A program made the position numbers and the translations under genes. The notes under the pieces are model-generated. The model saw only the letters and a list, made by a program, of their open reading frames with translations. It had not been told where the DNA came from and made no database searches. This document shows positions 17,385 through 30,264 of a stretch of 46,428 nucleotides of DNA, piece after piece. This stretch comes from Roseibacillus sp. (GTDB taxonomy: Bacteria; Verrucomicrobiota; Verrucomicrobiia; Verrucomicrobiales; Akkermansiaceae), in assembly GCA_051251855.1 (NCBI GenBank), contig JBPOGI010000009.1, forward strand, positions 1 through 46,428, in the 5' to 3' direction. How positions within the stretch are numbered: the stretch's first letter is position 1; every line of letters begins with the position of its first letter.

Positions 17385-20333
17385 GTGATGAAACGCTCGT
17401 TCCTTTTCCTACTTGGCCTAGTCATTGCCACCTTTACGCTGGCAACACCTGCAATCGCCATCGCGATCCTAGAAGTGGATGGCACTCCCCATCCCACGAA
17501 CAACAATACCTTCGCACAACTCTCCAACGATGAGGCTTCGAACTACGCTAAAGGAACCGACTTTCTCAGCACTCCCGTCTCCGGTGGGGTGGTGACTCAT
17601 CGGCTCCGTCTCCGCAGCACGGGCACCTCTAACGTCACCTACACGGTGAGCGAGAGTAGCCCACACTTCCGAGCCATCAGCGTTGGAAGCGTCTTGGTCG
17701 CAGTCACCGGTGAACGTATTTTCGACATCGAGTTCAATCCCACCTCGGTCGGACTCAAAACAACGGTATTGACCATCAACTCGAACAGTATCGTCAACCC
17801 CTCTTTCGAAATCAACTTGCGTGGGGTGGGAACCGCCCCCGAGGCTGACATTTTGGGCGGCTCGTCCTTGAACTTCGGCATTTCTGATGGCGACACCACA
17901 CCCAACTTCACCGACCGCACCAACTTCGGCTCCCGAGACATCTTCGATGGTGGGGACTCGCGATTCTTTCGCCTCTACAACAGCGGCACCAGCGACCTTC
18001 AGTTTATCAATGGCAGCGTGACCCCTGACCAAGGTTTCACCATCTCCAGTCTACCTGCAAACGCCTCCTTTCTGGGCAGCGGTGCTGGACACAACTTCAT
18101 ACTCACCTTCGATCCTTCCACTATTGGTACCAAGAACGCTACCGTCACCATACAAACCGATGACTCTAACGAGGGAATCTACACCTTCGCCGTCACCGGA
18201 ACAGGAACGGTCACTCCGGATATTGAGGTAAAAGGTAGCTCAACCACGGTCTCTGCCCTTACCAACATCACCCGATTCTCGAATAGTCCCCATCCCATCC
18301 ATGGAACAGACTTTGAGAACCATGAAGTCAATAGCTCGACTAGTAATATCGTCCGCCTACGCAATGTTGGCACCGCCACCTTGAACGTCACCCCCAGCAT
18401 CCTCTCGGGAGCCAGTAGTGACCAGTTTCGACTCTCCTCGACGGCCACAAGCAACATCGGACTCGGCTTCTCAGGATTTAAGGACGTCTTCATCTTCTTC
18501 GAACCCACCGAACCAGGAGAACACTTTGCTACAATTCGAATCGATAGTAACGACCCTGACGAAGACCCCTACGATTTTCTCATTCGAGGCTTTGCCACTG
18601 CTCCGGAAGCTACCGTTCTTGGCGACACCGATTTCTCCGAAGAAATCGTCAATGGAGACGACACCCCACGCGTGGGAGACGGCACCAACTTCCTAGACGT
18701 CGACGTCGATGGTCCTTCCGAAAAACGCACCTTTCGCATCAAAAACGATGGCACGAGCGACCTCATCTTCTTGGATGCCGACATTACGTCCGAGCCAGGA
18801 TTTAGCATTTCCCACCCTGCCTCCAATACCACCATCCCTGCACCAGGCTATATCGAGTTCGACGTCTTCTTCAACCCCAGCACCGATGGTCAAGTCACTG
18901 CCACGGTAACAATCATCACCACCGATGCCAACGAAACTCCCTACACCTTCGACGTCACTGCGAATGGAGTAGGTGATCCCAATGCTCAAGTGCGCGGGAA
19001 CTATGTAGGCAGTAACAATCTCGGCGACATCATACCGGCTGGAACCTACACCACATCCTATGACCTCGGAACCCAGTTCGGGGAAGTCGAATTGGGAGAG
19101 AGCGAAACTGAAATTTTTGTCTTAGAGAACATCGGAGACGGCACTCTCGACTACAACATCACAGTATCCGGGGCGGGCTTTACCGTCTTCGATGACACCA
19201 TCACATTAGAGCCCAACCAAGGCTCAAACTCACGCGACGTCTTTGGTATCGTCTTTGAACCTACCACCCGAGGCGTCAAATCAGCTCTCGTCACCGTCTC
19301 CAGCAACGACCCCGACACCCCGAGCTACATCTTCGCGGTAGAGGGAACAGCTGTCGGTCCCGAGCTCGATGTCTTTGGCGGGCAGTCTGTTCAAAACATG
19401 AGCATCAAGGACGGTCGAACCTCCACCAACACGAGCGATGGCACCGACTTCGGCACTCTCAATGTCGGAGCACCCGGAACCACTCACACTTTTCTCCTCC
19501 GCAACGATGGAGAAGAAAACCTCATCATCGCCAATCAGAACTCTGCTCTCAGCGACGACACCCACTTTACGGTGACGGGTCTTCCCAACCCCACCCAGCC
19601 CATTCTTCCGCAGACTAACTGGCCCATCCAGATCACCTTCGAACCCCAAAGCGCGGGAACGAAAACGGTCGAAGTCACCCTCATCAGCAACGACTTCGAT
19701 GAGAATCCCTACACCTTTAATATTACCGGAATTGGTCTCGACGGACCAGAGATCAACCTTCTCGGAGGCGCCGGAGGAGTCGTCATTCCCGACGGTCACG
19801 ATACCCCGTCAGTCACGGACGGCACCGATCTCGGCACTGCTGAAGTCGGGCAATCCGTTTCCACGACCTTCACTATCGAGAACAATGGCAATCAATCGCT
19901 CAATATCAGCAACCCTGCCCCCGGCGGAGACTTTAGTGCGGTTCTGGGCAACACCAGCGTCGCTGCTGGCTCAACCACAACCCTCACAGTCACTTTCACC
20001 CCCTTGGCCACTGGCCCTCAAGTCGTCTTCGTCACGATTCCCAACAACGATAGCGACGAGAATCCATACTCCTTTGCCGTGCGAGCCGAAGGCTTCCTCA
20101 ACCAGCCCCCCAGCTTCGACTCCTTTACCACGAGCGGAGACACGGGCACCTTGAAGTTCCAGACCATTGCCGGAGTCAGCTACCAGCTTCGCCAAAGCAC
20201 GGACCTCGAGAGCTGGGCGAACTCAGGCACCCCCATCGCCGGAACCGGCAGCCTCACCACCCTTACCGTCTCGAATATCACCAATCCCGGGCAACCCCAT
20301 CTCTTCTATCGCCTCGAGATCGTTTCCCCCTAA
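17385..20333 (+). CDS. Exported protein with seven tandem choice-of-anchor D (ASH/HYDIN-like Ig) domains plus the C-terminal domain
   Basis: Signal peptide; seven ~125-aa repeats with DGxxTP...DGTDFG, I/LxNxG, FxP...G, SNDxDExPYxF; ends YQLRQSTDLESW...LFYRLE. Confidence 0.88.
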   Translation: MMKRSFLFLLGLVIATFTLATPAIAIAILEVDGTPHPTNNNTFAQLSNDEASNYAKGTDFLSTPVSGGVVTHRLRLRSTGTSNVTYTVSESSPHFRAISVGSVLVAVTGERIFDIEFNPTSVGLKTTVLTINSNSIVNPSFEINLRGVGTAPEADILGGSSLNFGISDGDTTPNFTDRTNFGSRDIFDGGDSRFFRLYNSGTSDLQFINGSVTPDQGFTISSLPANASFLGSGAGHNFILTFDPSTIGTKNATVTIQTDDSNEGIYTFAVTGTGTVTPDIEVKGSSTTVSALTNITRFSNSPHPIHGTDFENHEVNSSTSNIVRLRNVGTATLNVTPSILSGASSDQFRLSSTATSNIGLGFSGFKDVFIFFEPTEPGEHFATIRIDSNDPDEDPYDFLIRGFATAPEATVLGDTDFSEEIVNGDDTPRVGDGTNFLDVDVDGPSEKRTFRIKNDGTSDLIFLDADITSEPGFSISHPASNTTIPAPGYIEFDVFFNPSTDGQVTATVTIITTDANETPYTFDVTANGVGDPNAQVRGNYVGSNNLGDIIPAGTYTTSYDLGTQFGEVELGESETEIFVLENIGDGTLDYNITVSGAGFTVFDDTITLEPNQGSNSRDVFGIVFEPTTRGVKSALVTVSSNDPDTPSYIFAVEGTAVGPELDVFGGQSVQNMSIKDGRTSTNTSDGTDFGTLNVGAPGTTHTFLLRNDGEENLIIANQNSALSDDTHFTVTGLPNPTQPILPQTNWPIQITFEPQSAGTKTVEVTLISNDFDENPYTFNITGIGLDGPEINLLGGAGGVVIPDGHDTPSVTDGTDLGTAEVGQSVSTTFTIENNGNQSLNISNPAPGGDFSAVLGNTSVAAGSTTTLTVTFTPLATGPQVVFVTIPNNDSDENPYSFAVRAEGFLNQPPSFDSFTTSGDTGTLKFQTIAGVSYQLRQSTDLESWANSGTPIAGTGSLTTLTVSNITNPGQPHLFYRLEIVSP

Positions 20334-20614
20334 CCCCTTTCGCAACGCAATCCCATTTTCAGCCGTCAGGAATGTGAAAGCATCTTCTGGCGGCTGAATT
20401 TCCCTCTGCTGGCAAACCCCACTCACAAACTTCAAAATCAATCATCATCATAAGCATAACTTAAACTAAATAGACCTACTTCGCCCATTGACTCAATTCT
20501 GCTTGCGGTCCACCGAATTTCAAAACCATACTCCTCACAACCTATAATAGATAAATTCTATGGGTTGACACCCCCGAAGAGCCAAATCGAACAACCACTC
20601 ACACGCCCAAGAAA

Positions 20615-23600
20615 ATGTCCCAAGATCACCTACTCCGCTTCAAAGCAGTTAAAGTCATTCTTTTCATTGCACTTACCAACCTCACCGGAGGGGTAGCTCA
20701 CGCTCAAGTTCCAGCGACCCTTCATCATCAGGGCCGGATTGTTTCGAACAACGTCAACTTTGACGGAACAGGACAGTTCAAGTTTTGCCTCTATCATGGT
20801 ACTTCTCCGGGAGTCATCACCACCCCTATCTGGAAGAACGATGACTCCTCGCCCGCAAACGGCAGCGAGCCCGCAACTGCTATCTCTATTGCAGTAACGA
20901 AGGGCCTCTATTCTCTCGCACTCGGAGCATCTCCACAACAAGCCATTACCGCTCCCCTGACTCCGGCAGCGAATTCGGACCTTTATCTTCGTATCTGGTT
21001 CAATGATGGGTCCAATGGATTTCAGCTTCTCTCCCCGGACAGGAAGATCTCTTCCGTTCCCTTCGCTCGCCATGCAGGAGGCGGCATCCTATCGGACTTT
21101 ATCAATGACGTCGGCTTCTTAGGTTCGGACGACTTCGCCTTCGCCGTTGAAAGCGATGTCGTCGATTTTTCCCAGACTCAACTCGGTGGCACGACAGGAG
21201 CCTTTTCCACCTCCTTCACCTTTGCCGAAACCTTCCCGGAAGCTCCGACGGTCACCCTCGACGCCCTAACAGGTATTACCAATCCCGCGGTCTCAAACGT
21301 GACGACCACCGGCTTCGACCTCGATTTCGATTTTGATATCGTTAACCTCACCCGCCCCGTTCCAACCACTGAACAATGGCCCTATTTTGACCTCCTTTTG
21401 CTAGACGGCAAACCCTCTGCCTTTCATCTCACGGCACCCTACACGACCTTTCCTGGGAACTCTGAGATTAACCTCTCAGAACCCCCATCTCTACTCCTCA
21501 CTCGCGCTGAAGATAGCGCAGGCTCTCTTTGGAAAGCGCCTGTCGAACTCGGCTACAATGCCGCGCAATCGGGTGAATCGTTCGTGGGTTATTCGCAGCC
21601 ATTGAACAGCTTCGATGCCGCGGTTGTGGCGGGAACCCCTAGCTTTGTTGCACTCACTCCCACCCCTCTCCTTGAGAACGGATTAGGTTGGTGGAATGGT
21701 TCCCTCAGCCTCGAGTTTCGAAAGGCCATTGGGACTTCCGGAGAAAACTGGCAGCCTCCCATTCCCATCGACACCTATTACGATGGCTCATCAGCAGGAA
21801 CCGCAAGCATTGGTGCTCTGACCGGCTTTCTTGCAGGAGTAAACCTGAGCCTCACTGAGGTTGACGGGACCGCTGCCGTTCTCGCTTCCAGCCCTGTTTT
21901 CGCCATCTACTACCGCGCTTCCAACGCCAATGGCGTCAACTGGTCAGAGCAGGAACTCTCTGCAGTGCTCTCGGCTTCTGGCTCCCGCGTGGCAACATCC
22001 AATTTGCTCAGTCTCTCAGGAAAACCAGCGATAGCATACGCGGAAGCTTTTGCCCCCTCTAACAACACCACCCCTTTTCTCTTTGTAAGACTTGTTGTTG
22101 CGAACAATGCCAATGGTACTTCTTGGAACTCCCCCATCACCATCTGGTCAGCCACGGTTAATGACCTGAGTGCTGGAGGAGCCACCGCCCAAGACGTCAC
22201 TCAGGCCTCGATCCGAGCGGGACTCATCCCCAGCCTCAACCTCAGCCTTCTTGGGGGTAAACCTGCAGTCACATTCTCCAGCCAAGCTTCCTCAGCCCAC
22301 GGCCTCTTTGTCTCTACCTCCACAAACACCAGCGGAACAGCATGGTCAGCTGCGACTCTCGTCGATTCCAATGATTCAGCCACTTTCCCTCAACCCGGAA
22401 GTCTCATCTCCCGTCTCGATGCCACCTCCCAAGCATCCCGACTCCATGTCATCTACAAGAAAGGGAACGCCGCCTTCCGAAGTAGCGCCACCAATGCGGC
22501 TGCTACCGCCTGGACCCCACCAACTCTCATCTCTGCCGATGCTCGTGGCGTGGTTAAAATCGCAAAAACCGCTGATTCCATCTTTTACGGATTCTCTCAA
22601 TTTGCCTCTACCCCAGCCCCAATTGTGGCAGCCGGACTCGGAACTCTTCCCTCTTTGCCCACCCAAGGCAGTCTTTGGATGGACATCCCACAAGAGCCCT
22701 CGCTCAATTGGAACGCCGACGACCCAGCCGAAGTTCCGATTCAACAACAAGTCCTGAGCCTCAACGGTAGCGACCTCACCATCTCGGCCGGAAACACCAT
22801 CGATCTCGCGCCTCTCGTCGTGAACGACCATGGTGCATTGACCGGCCTTCTCGATGACGATCACCCGCAGTACTTTCTCGGCAATGGCTCTGAGCCCCTG
22901 GGCGGCAACCTCGATCTCGACAATCACAACATCACTGGCATCTCAACCTTGGATACCGGCGGAATATCAGTCTCCGGTTCCATTTCTCTTCCAAGCGCCT
23001 CCGTTAGCAACAACGCCTTGCAACCAAATGTCATGCTCGAGAACGAGTTCGTCTCCCTGCTCACCAATGACGCCAACTACCTCATCCGCGACACAGACGC
23101 CTCCATAACCAATGCAACAATCACCGGAAATGCTGCCATCAACGGAAACAATCTTATCGAAGGAATCAGTACTTTCAACGGAGACTCTACCTTTAACGAA
23201 GACGCGACCATCAATGGTATCACGAGCCTCAACGACGATACCTCCATTATGGGAGACCTTCTCATCAGCGGAAACACAACCACAGGAGGCCTGAACACTT
23301 TCAACGGAAACGCCATCTTCAACGGTCTCACCACCTTGAACGACGATGTCACCCTCAATGGAAATATGCTTCATACTGGAAACTCGACCATCGACGGCAC
23401 CAGCACCTTCGAAGGAGACGCAACCTTCAATGAAGACGTGACTGTTGACGGCATCACCACCCTCAACGATGACACCACTATCAACGGCGATCTCATCGTC
23501 AATGCCACCGACGGCCTCCTCGCCGGAGGTGCGCGTGGCACAGGAACCATCCTCACCTCTGGAGTTGGAACTCGCATGCTCTGGCACCCCTACAAGGCTG

Positions 23601-24471
23601 CTTTCCGAGCGGGAGAAGTTCTCTCCTCCATCGATGCGACCGCTTGGGACGAGACCAATATCGGCCAATGGTCCACCGCCTTTGGGTTGAGCACGATCGC
23701 CAGTTCAAACGCCTCCTTTTCAGTTGGTAGCAACAACATCTCCAGTGCACTCGCATCTGTGACCTTGGGCGAAGGCAACGAAGCGGAATCTCGTGCCGAA
23801 ACTATCATCGGACGCAATGCTACCCTGCAACCACGCGTCGGCTCTGCCACCACCTGGTCAACTTCGGATCGCCTCTTTGCCATCGGCAACGGCACCTCCA
23901 CCTCCAGCCGCTCCGACGCTTTCAGTATTCAAAAAACAGGTGACGCCACCCTCAATGGTGAACTTTGCGTCAACGACGACGTCGTCGTCTCAGGCAACTA
24001 CAAATACAAAACACCTAAGAATCTAAAACTACAAATTGCAGGCAGCGCCTTCGCTCCTCTCCTTGGGACTGACTCCAGACCCGAAACTGGCAAAATGCGA
24101 TTTACCAGCACTTCCTCTGCTCATGGATACACCGTGCAGGCAAATCTTCCTCCGGGAGCTACTGTCACCAACGTCACTCTGCGCTACTATGCAGCCCCAG
24201 ACGGTTCAACCGGAAAAGTCACCTCCCTCAACGCTACCTTGAGAAAACGAGACCTCCTAGCAACTTCTGCAACGGGCTCAACTTTGATGGCAAGCTTCGA
24301 CGAATCTGACGATGGTTCCCTTTCGATGACCTACGGAGATGACTCTATTGCCAATGCCACCGTAACCTCCAATGAAGCGGTCTTCTTCGAAGTCACCACA
24401 GACGTCAACAGCACAATTGATATCGGAATCCTCGGCCTCACCATCGACTACACCCTCGACACCCTCAACTA

Positions 24472-24472
<1 letters not shown>
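20615..24472 (+). CDS. Large exported fibre/adhesin-like protein
   Basis: Signal peptide then QVPATLHHQGRI...FDGTGQFKF...LSPDRKISSVPFA; BNR-like W-x-x-P repeats; DHGALTGLLDDDHPQY; hexapeptide beta-helix repeats; GTRMLWHPYKAAFRAG and YadA-head-like STAFG/SFSVG/SVTLG; RLFAIGNG. Confidence 0.78.
23108..23503 (+). repeat. Coding hexapeptide (18-bp period) repeat tract with an internal 78-aa duplication
   Basis: STFNGD/STFNED/ATINGI/TSLNDD... ; STFNGDSTFNEDATINGITSLNDDT at 23168 recurs as STFEGDATFNEDVTVDGITTLNDDT at 23402 (234-nt offset). Confidence 0.8.
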
Positions 24473-26770
<2,298 letters not shown>

Positions 26771-26775
26771 TCACC

Positions 26776-27489
26776 ATGCCCACGCCCAACAACGACACCC
26801 CAGAACACATCGCCATCATCATGGACGGTAACGGTCGTTGGGCAAAAGAGCGTGGCCTCCCCCGTCGCGACGGTCATCGCGCAGGCGCGGAATCGGTGCG
26901 TGAAGCGGTAGAAACCTGCAAAGAACTCGGCGTCAAATACCTTACCCTCTACGCTTTTTCCTCTGAAAACTGGAATCGACCTAAATCAGAAATCGACGCC
27001 CTGATGCTCCTGTTAGACCGCTTCCTCGCGGACAAGACCTCGGAGCTCAACAAACAAGACGTTCGACTCCACACCATCGGCGATATCGAGCGTCTCCCTC
27101 AGAAAAATCAAAAGCGACTCGCCAAGACCAAAGAGGAAACAGCCAACAACACCTCCCTCAATCTCATTCTCGCCTTGTCCTACGGTGGCCGCGAGGAAAT
27201 CACCAAAGCAGCAAAGCGCATCGCCCTGCAAGTCCAAGCCGGCGCTGTGAATCCTGACGAAATCACCAAAGACCTCGTCGCCGCCAATCTCGACACCGCC
27301 GACTTTCCAGACCCAGACCTCCTCGTCCGCACCTCCGGTGAAATGCGACTCTCCAACTTTCTTCTCTGGCAACTTTCCTACGCCGAAATCGTGACTACCA
27401 AAAAGTTCTGGCCCGACTTCAAGCGCGCAGACCTCCAAGACGCTGTCAACGAATACTCCCGCCGCCACCGTCGCTTCGGAGGACTTTAG
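26776..27489 (+). CDS. uppS: Isoprenyl transferase / undecaprenyl diphosphate synthase
   Basis: HIAIIMDGNGRWA, YAFSSENWNRP, RTSGEMRLSNFLLWQ and RRFGG; ATG at 26776. Confidence 0.97.
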   Translation: MPTPNNDTPEHIAIIMDGNGRWAKERGLPRRDGHRAGAESVREAVETCKELGVKYLTLYAFSSENWNRPKSEIDALMLLLDRFLADKTSELNKQDVRLHTIGDIERLPQKNQKRLAKTKEETANNTSLNLILALSYGGREEITKAAKRIALQVQAGAVNPDEITKDLVAANLDTADFPDPDLLVRTSGEMRLSNFLLWQLSYAEIVTTKKFWPDFKRADLQDAVNEYSRRHRRFGGL

Positions 27490-27502
27490 GGACAAGAGTT
27501 CA

Positions 27503-28036
27503 TCATCCCTCCTCCCGTCTCGCCAGCAACCAAAGGTAGTCCGAGACTCGATTTAAAAAGAGAGTCACAACTGGCAACGGATTCGTAGCAGACAGCTCCA
27601 AGACCCTTCTCTCACCGCGCCTCGCCACTGTCCGAGCCTGATCCAAGAACGCCGCAGGCAAAGAGCCCGCCGCCCCAGGTCGTGCCCACCCCTTAAAGTC
27701 CACTCCCTCATCCTCAATCGCCTTGGCTCGCTTCTCCAGCTTCGCCACATCGGCCTCCAATACCCTCGGCATGCCATCCCTCTCGTATCTCTCTAAATCC
27801 TCCGGCAGCAGGGCCAGCTCCCCCATCAGACCCACCAGCTTCTCCTGCAGCCAATCCAACTCCTCCCCCAAAGACTCACTCCCATGGCAACGCACTAGCC
27901 CAAGAACCGTATTCAGTTCATCAATCGCTCCCAAAGTCTCGACTCGAAGATCCGTTTTCGAAATCCGTTTCCCATACAACAGGTCCGTCTCTCCCTCGTC
28001 GCCCCGCTTGGTGATGATGCTCATATCCCTTTCCAT
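27503..28036 (-). CDS. ATP:cob(I)alamin adenosyltransferase, PduO type
   Basis: ITKRGDEGET, GAIDELN, ARTVARRGER and FLNRVSDYLWLLAR; the start may be the ATG at 28024. Confidence 0.92.
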   Translation of the reverse strand: MERDMSIITKRGDEGETDLLYGKRISKTDLRVETLGAIDELNTVLGLVRCHGSESLGEELDWLQEKLVGLMGELALLPEDLERYERDGMPRVLEADVAKLEKRAKAIEDEGVDFKGWARPGAAGSLPAAFLDQARTVARRGERRVLELSATNPLPVVTLFLNRVSDYLWLLARREEG

Positions 28037-28102
28037 AGCCCACTTTCCTCATCAAATCCACCCTCGACAATTGAGGCCCTACTTGCCAGCGTCTGAGCTT
28101 CT

Positions 28103-28894
28103 ATGAAAAAGAAATTCCTTCTTCTGCTCCCTCTCTTTTTGGCGGCTGTGTCCCTTTCGGCGCAAGAACCCACTGCCCCTGCAGAACCTGCGGCTGAAAC
28201 CGACCCTGCCGTCATCAAGACAAACTCCTCATACGGATTCGGTTTCAACAACGGCAACAGCTTCAAGCAGCAGATGAGCCGCTTCGGCCTTACCGTGGAA
28301 GATATTGACCGCGATGAATTCATCAAAGGCTTCATGGACGCTCTCGACGGCAAAGAGCCAGCCAGCGGCCAAGAAGCACTCAACGCCGCCATGCTTGGTT
28401 TACGTAACCAAGTCCAGGAGCGCGAAAAAGTTCTCGCCGAGGAAAACCTCAAAGCCGCCGAAGAATTCCTCGCCAAAAACAAAGAGCGCGAAGGCGTAAT
28501 CACCACAGAATCAGGTCTTCAATACGAAATCCTCAAGGCAGGTGAAGGAGAAAAACACGATGGTTCCGAAGGAGCTAAGTTCATGGTCAACTACAAGGGA
28601 ACACTCATTGACGGCTCCGAGTTCGACGCCTCGCCAGAAGGTTCTCCCGTGCCCCTGAACCTCAACCGTATGGCAGGCATCCGCGAAGCCCTCACCAGCA
28701 TGCCTGTCGGCTCCAAGTGGAAGCTCTTCATCAAGCCCGACCTCGCCTATGGTCAAACTCGCCGTAGCGAGAAGCTTGCTCCCAACTCCACTCTCATCTT
28801 CGAAATCGAACTTGCAGAAATTCAAAAAGCTCCCCCTCGTCCCAAAGCGGTTTCTCCTCCCATCCAAATCCCTCCCGCTCCTAAAAGCGAGTAA
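28103..28894 (+). CDS. FKBP-type peptidyl-prolyl isomerase (FkpA/Mip-like)
   Basis: Signal peptide, SYGFG dimerisation domain, TTESGLQYE, VNYKGTLIDGSEFD, PDLAYG and NSTLIFEIEL. Confidence 0.93.
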   Translation: MKKKFLLLLPLFLAAVSLSAQEPTAPAEPAAETDPAVIKTNSSYGFGFNNGNSFKQQMSRFGLTVEDIDRDEFIKGFMDALDGKEPASGQEALNAAMLGLRNQVQEREKVLAEENLKAAEEFLAKNKEREGVITTESGLQYEILKAGEGEKHDGSEGAKFMVNYKGTLIDGSEFDASPEGSPVPLNLNRMAGIREALTSMPVGSKWKLFIKPDLAYGQTRRSEKLAPNSTLIFEIELAEIQKAPPRPKAVSPPIQIPPAPKSE

Positions 28895-28931
28895 GACAAG
28901 CGAGTCCGCTCAAAACCAATTTCCCCATCTC

Positions 28932-28960
28932 AAAAGCCGCAGTTACTCTGCGGCTTTTTT
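28932..28960. terminator. Bidirectional intrinsic terminator
   Basis: AAAAGCCGCAG-TTACT-CTGCGGCTTTTTT between convergent genes. Confidence 0.85.
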
Positions 28961-29033
28961 GATCCAGAAAGGCAGACCTTCTTGCCGCTTTACTCGTTCT
29001 CTCGTCGGCAGAAGATACCGAAGCGCCATCACT

Positions 29034-30179
29034 CTATTCGAACTTTAGCCTTAGCCCGTTCACATTCCAAGCGCTAGCCACCGCCTTCTCTAATTGCTCA
29101 TAGCTCCGCCCAGCTAACAGGAGCTTTCTCGCATCAGCTTCCGGCGTTCCATCCTGCAACGCCGCCACATACTGAGCCAACCGAGCACCATTCTTTTGCC
29201 CATCGAACTTGGCGAAATAGGTATAAAGCACGAGAGCATAGGCATACGCATCCTTCTGCATTTGGAACTGAGCATAGTTCGGCTGCATGAATGATTCCAA
29301 TCGCCCAAAGGTGATATTTTTCCCCAAATTGTGACCTCGGCGTTCATTCCAACCATAAGCACTCACGTAGGAAGCCACTGCGCTGAGATGCCTCCCTGTG
29401 AGCATTCTCGTCTTATCGTAAGGAACCGTTGCCACATAATCCGCGGAACCTTCAATGAACCATCCCGCCTGCTGGCTTTGCCCGGTCATCAATTGGTGAG
29501 TAACCTCATGCCGCAAAGTATTATTCGCATCCTTAAGTCCTCCCCCCTGCCCCAAGTCCAAACTGCTAAAAGGGATTAAAACGATATCCTGAGAAGGAAT
29601 ATAAACTCCAGCGGTCCGAGGCACCCCTCCCATCTTTACGTAATCAGCATAGTTCTTAATAAGATAGGTTTTCATCCGAACCTTCTGCTGCGCTCTCAAC
29701 CGCGGAATATCATAGGGCATCGTACTACAGAACTGCCAAACGGACTCGAACATCCACGCAAATCTCCTCACAGAATTCAGGCCAAGGTCTTCGTCACAAA
29801 TAAACTCAAAGTTCGGACTCCCATAGACCCACCGATTGTTCTCAGGCTCAGCACGCAAGCGCTTAATTTGAATACTCACATCCGCCTGAATCTGCCCGTT
29901 CTTTGGCAAATCACGAGCTACTGGATTTTCACGTTGTGGAGCTCGAGGAGTCGGACTCGGCGTTCCACCCGACTTCAAAAAACTCTGATCGGCTGCGCTC
30001 AACTGACTCAGCTCGAAACTCCGTTGCCGCCCCGACACATTCAGAATCACCTTACTTCCATCCAGCCTAATCAACGTCGCCTCAAACGCCCGTCCGCTTG
30101 AATCAGTCCATTTACGCCCTTGAGCGGTTGCCGAAAGACAACAGAAAACCAAGATCGCAATACTCTTTCTTGTAATCAT
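29034..30179 (-). CDS. Exported SHD1-domain protein with a zincin-like (HExxH) domain
   Basis: RKWTDSSGRAFEATL...LSAADQSF (SHD1); LRHEVTHQL followed by WFIEGSADY. Confidence 0.78.
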   Translation of the reverse strand: MITRKSIAILVFCCLSATAQGRKWTDSSGRAFEATLIRLDGSKVILNVSGRQRSFELSQLSAADQSFLKSGGTPSPTPRAPQRENPVARDLPKNGQIQADVSIQIKRLRAEPENNRWVYGSPNFEFICDEDLGLNSVRRFAWMFESVWQFCSTMPYDIPRLRAQQKVRMKTYLIKNYADYVKMGGVPRTAGVYIPSQDIVLIPFSSLDLGQGGGLKDANNTLRHEVTHQLMTGQSQQAGWFIEGSADYVATVPYDKTRMLTGRHLSAVASYVSAYGWNERRGHNLGKNITFGRLESFMQPNYAQFQMQKDAYAYALVLYTYFAKFDGQKNGARLAQYVAALQDGTPEADARKLLLAGRSYEQLEKAVASAWNVNGLRLKFE

Positions 30180-30264
30180 GACTGACTATCTACTAAAGTA
30201 AGATAAAAGCCCAGCAAGAAGTCCCACCCAAGAAGTGTTCCGAAGCCCCTTCAGTATAGCTCCT

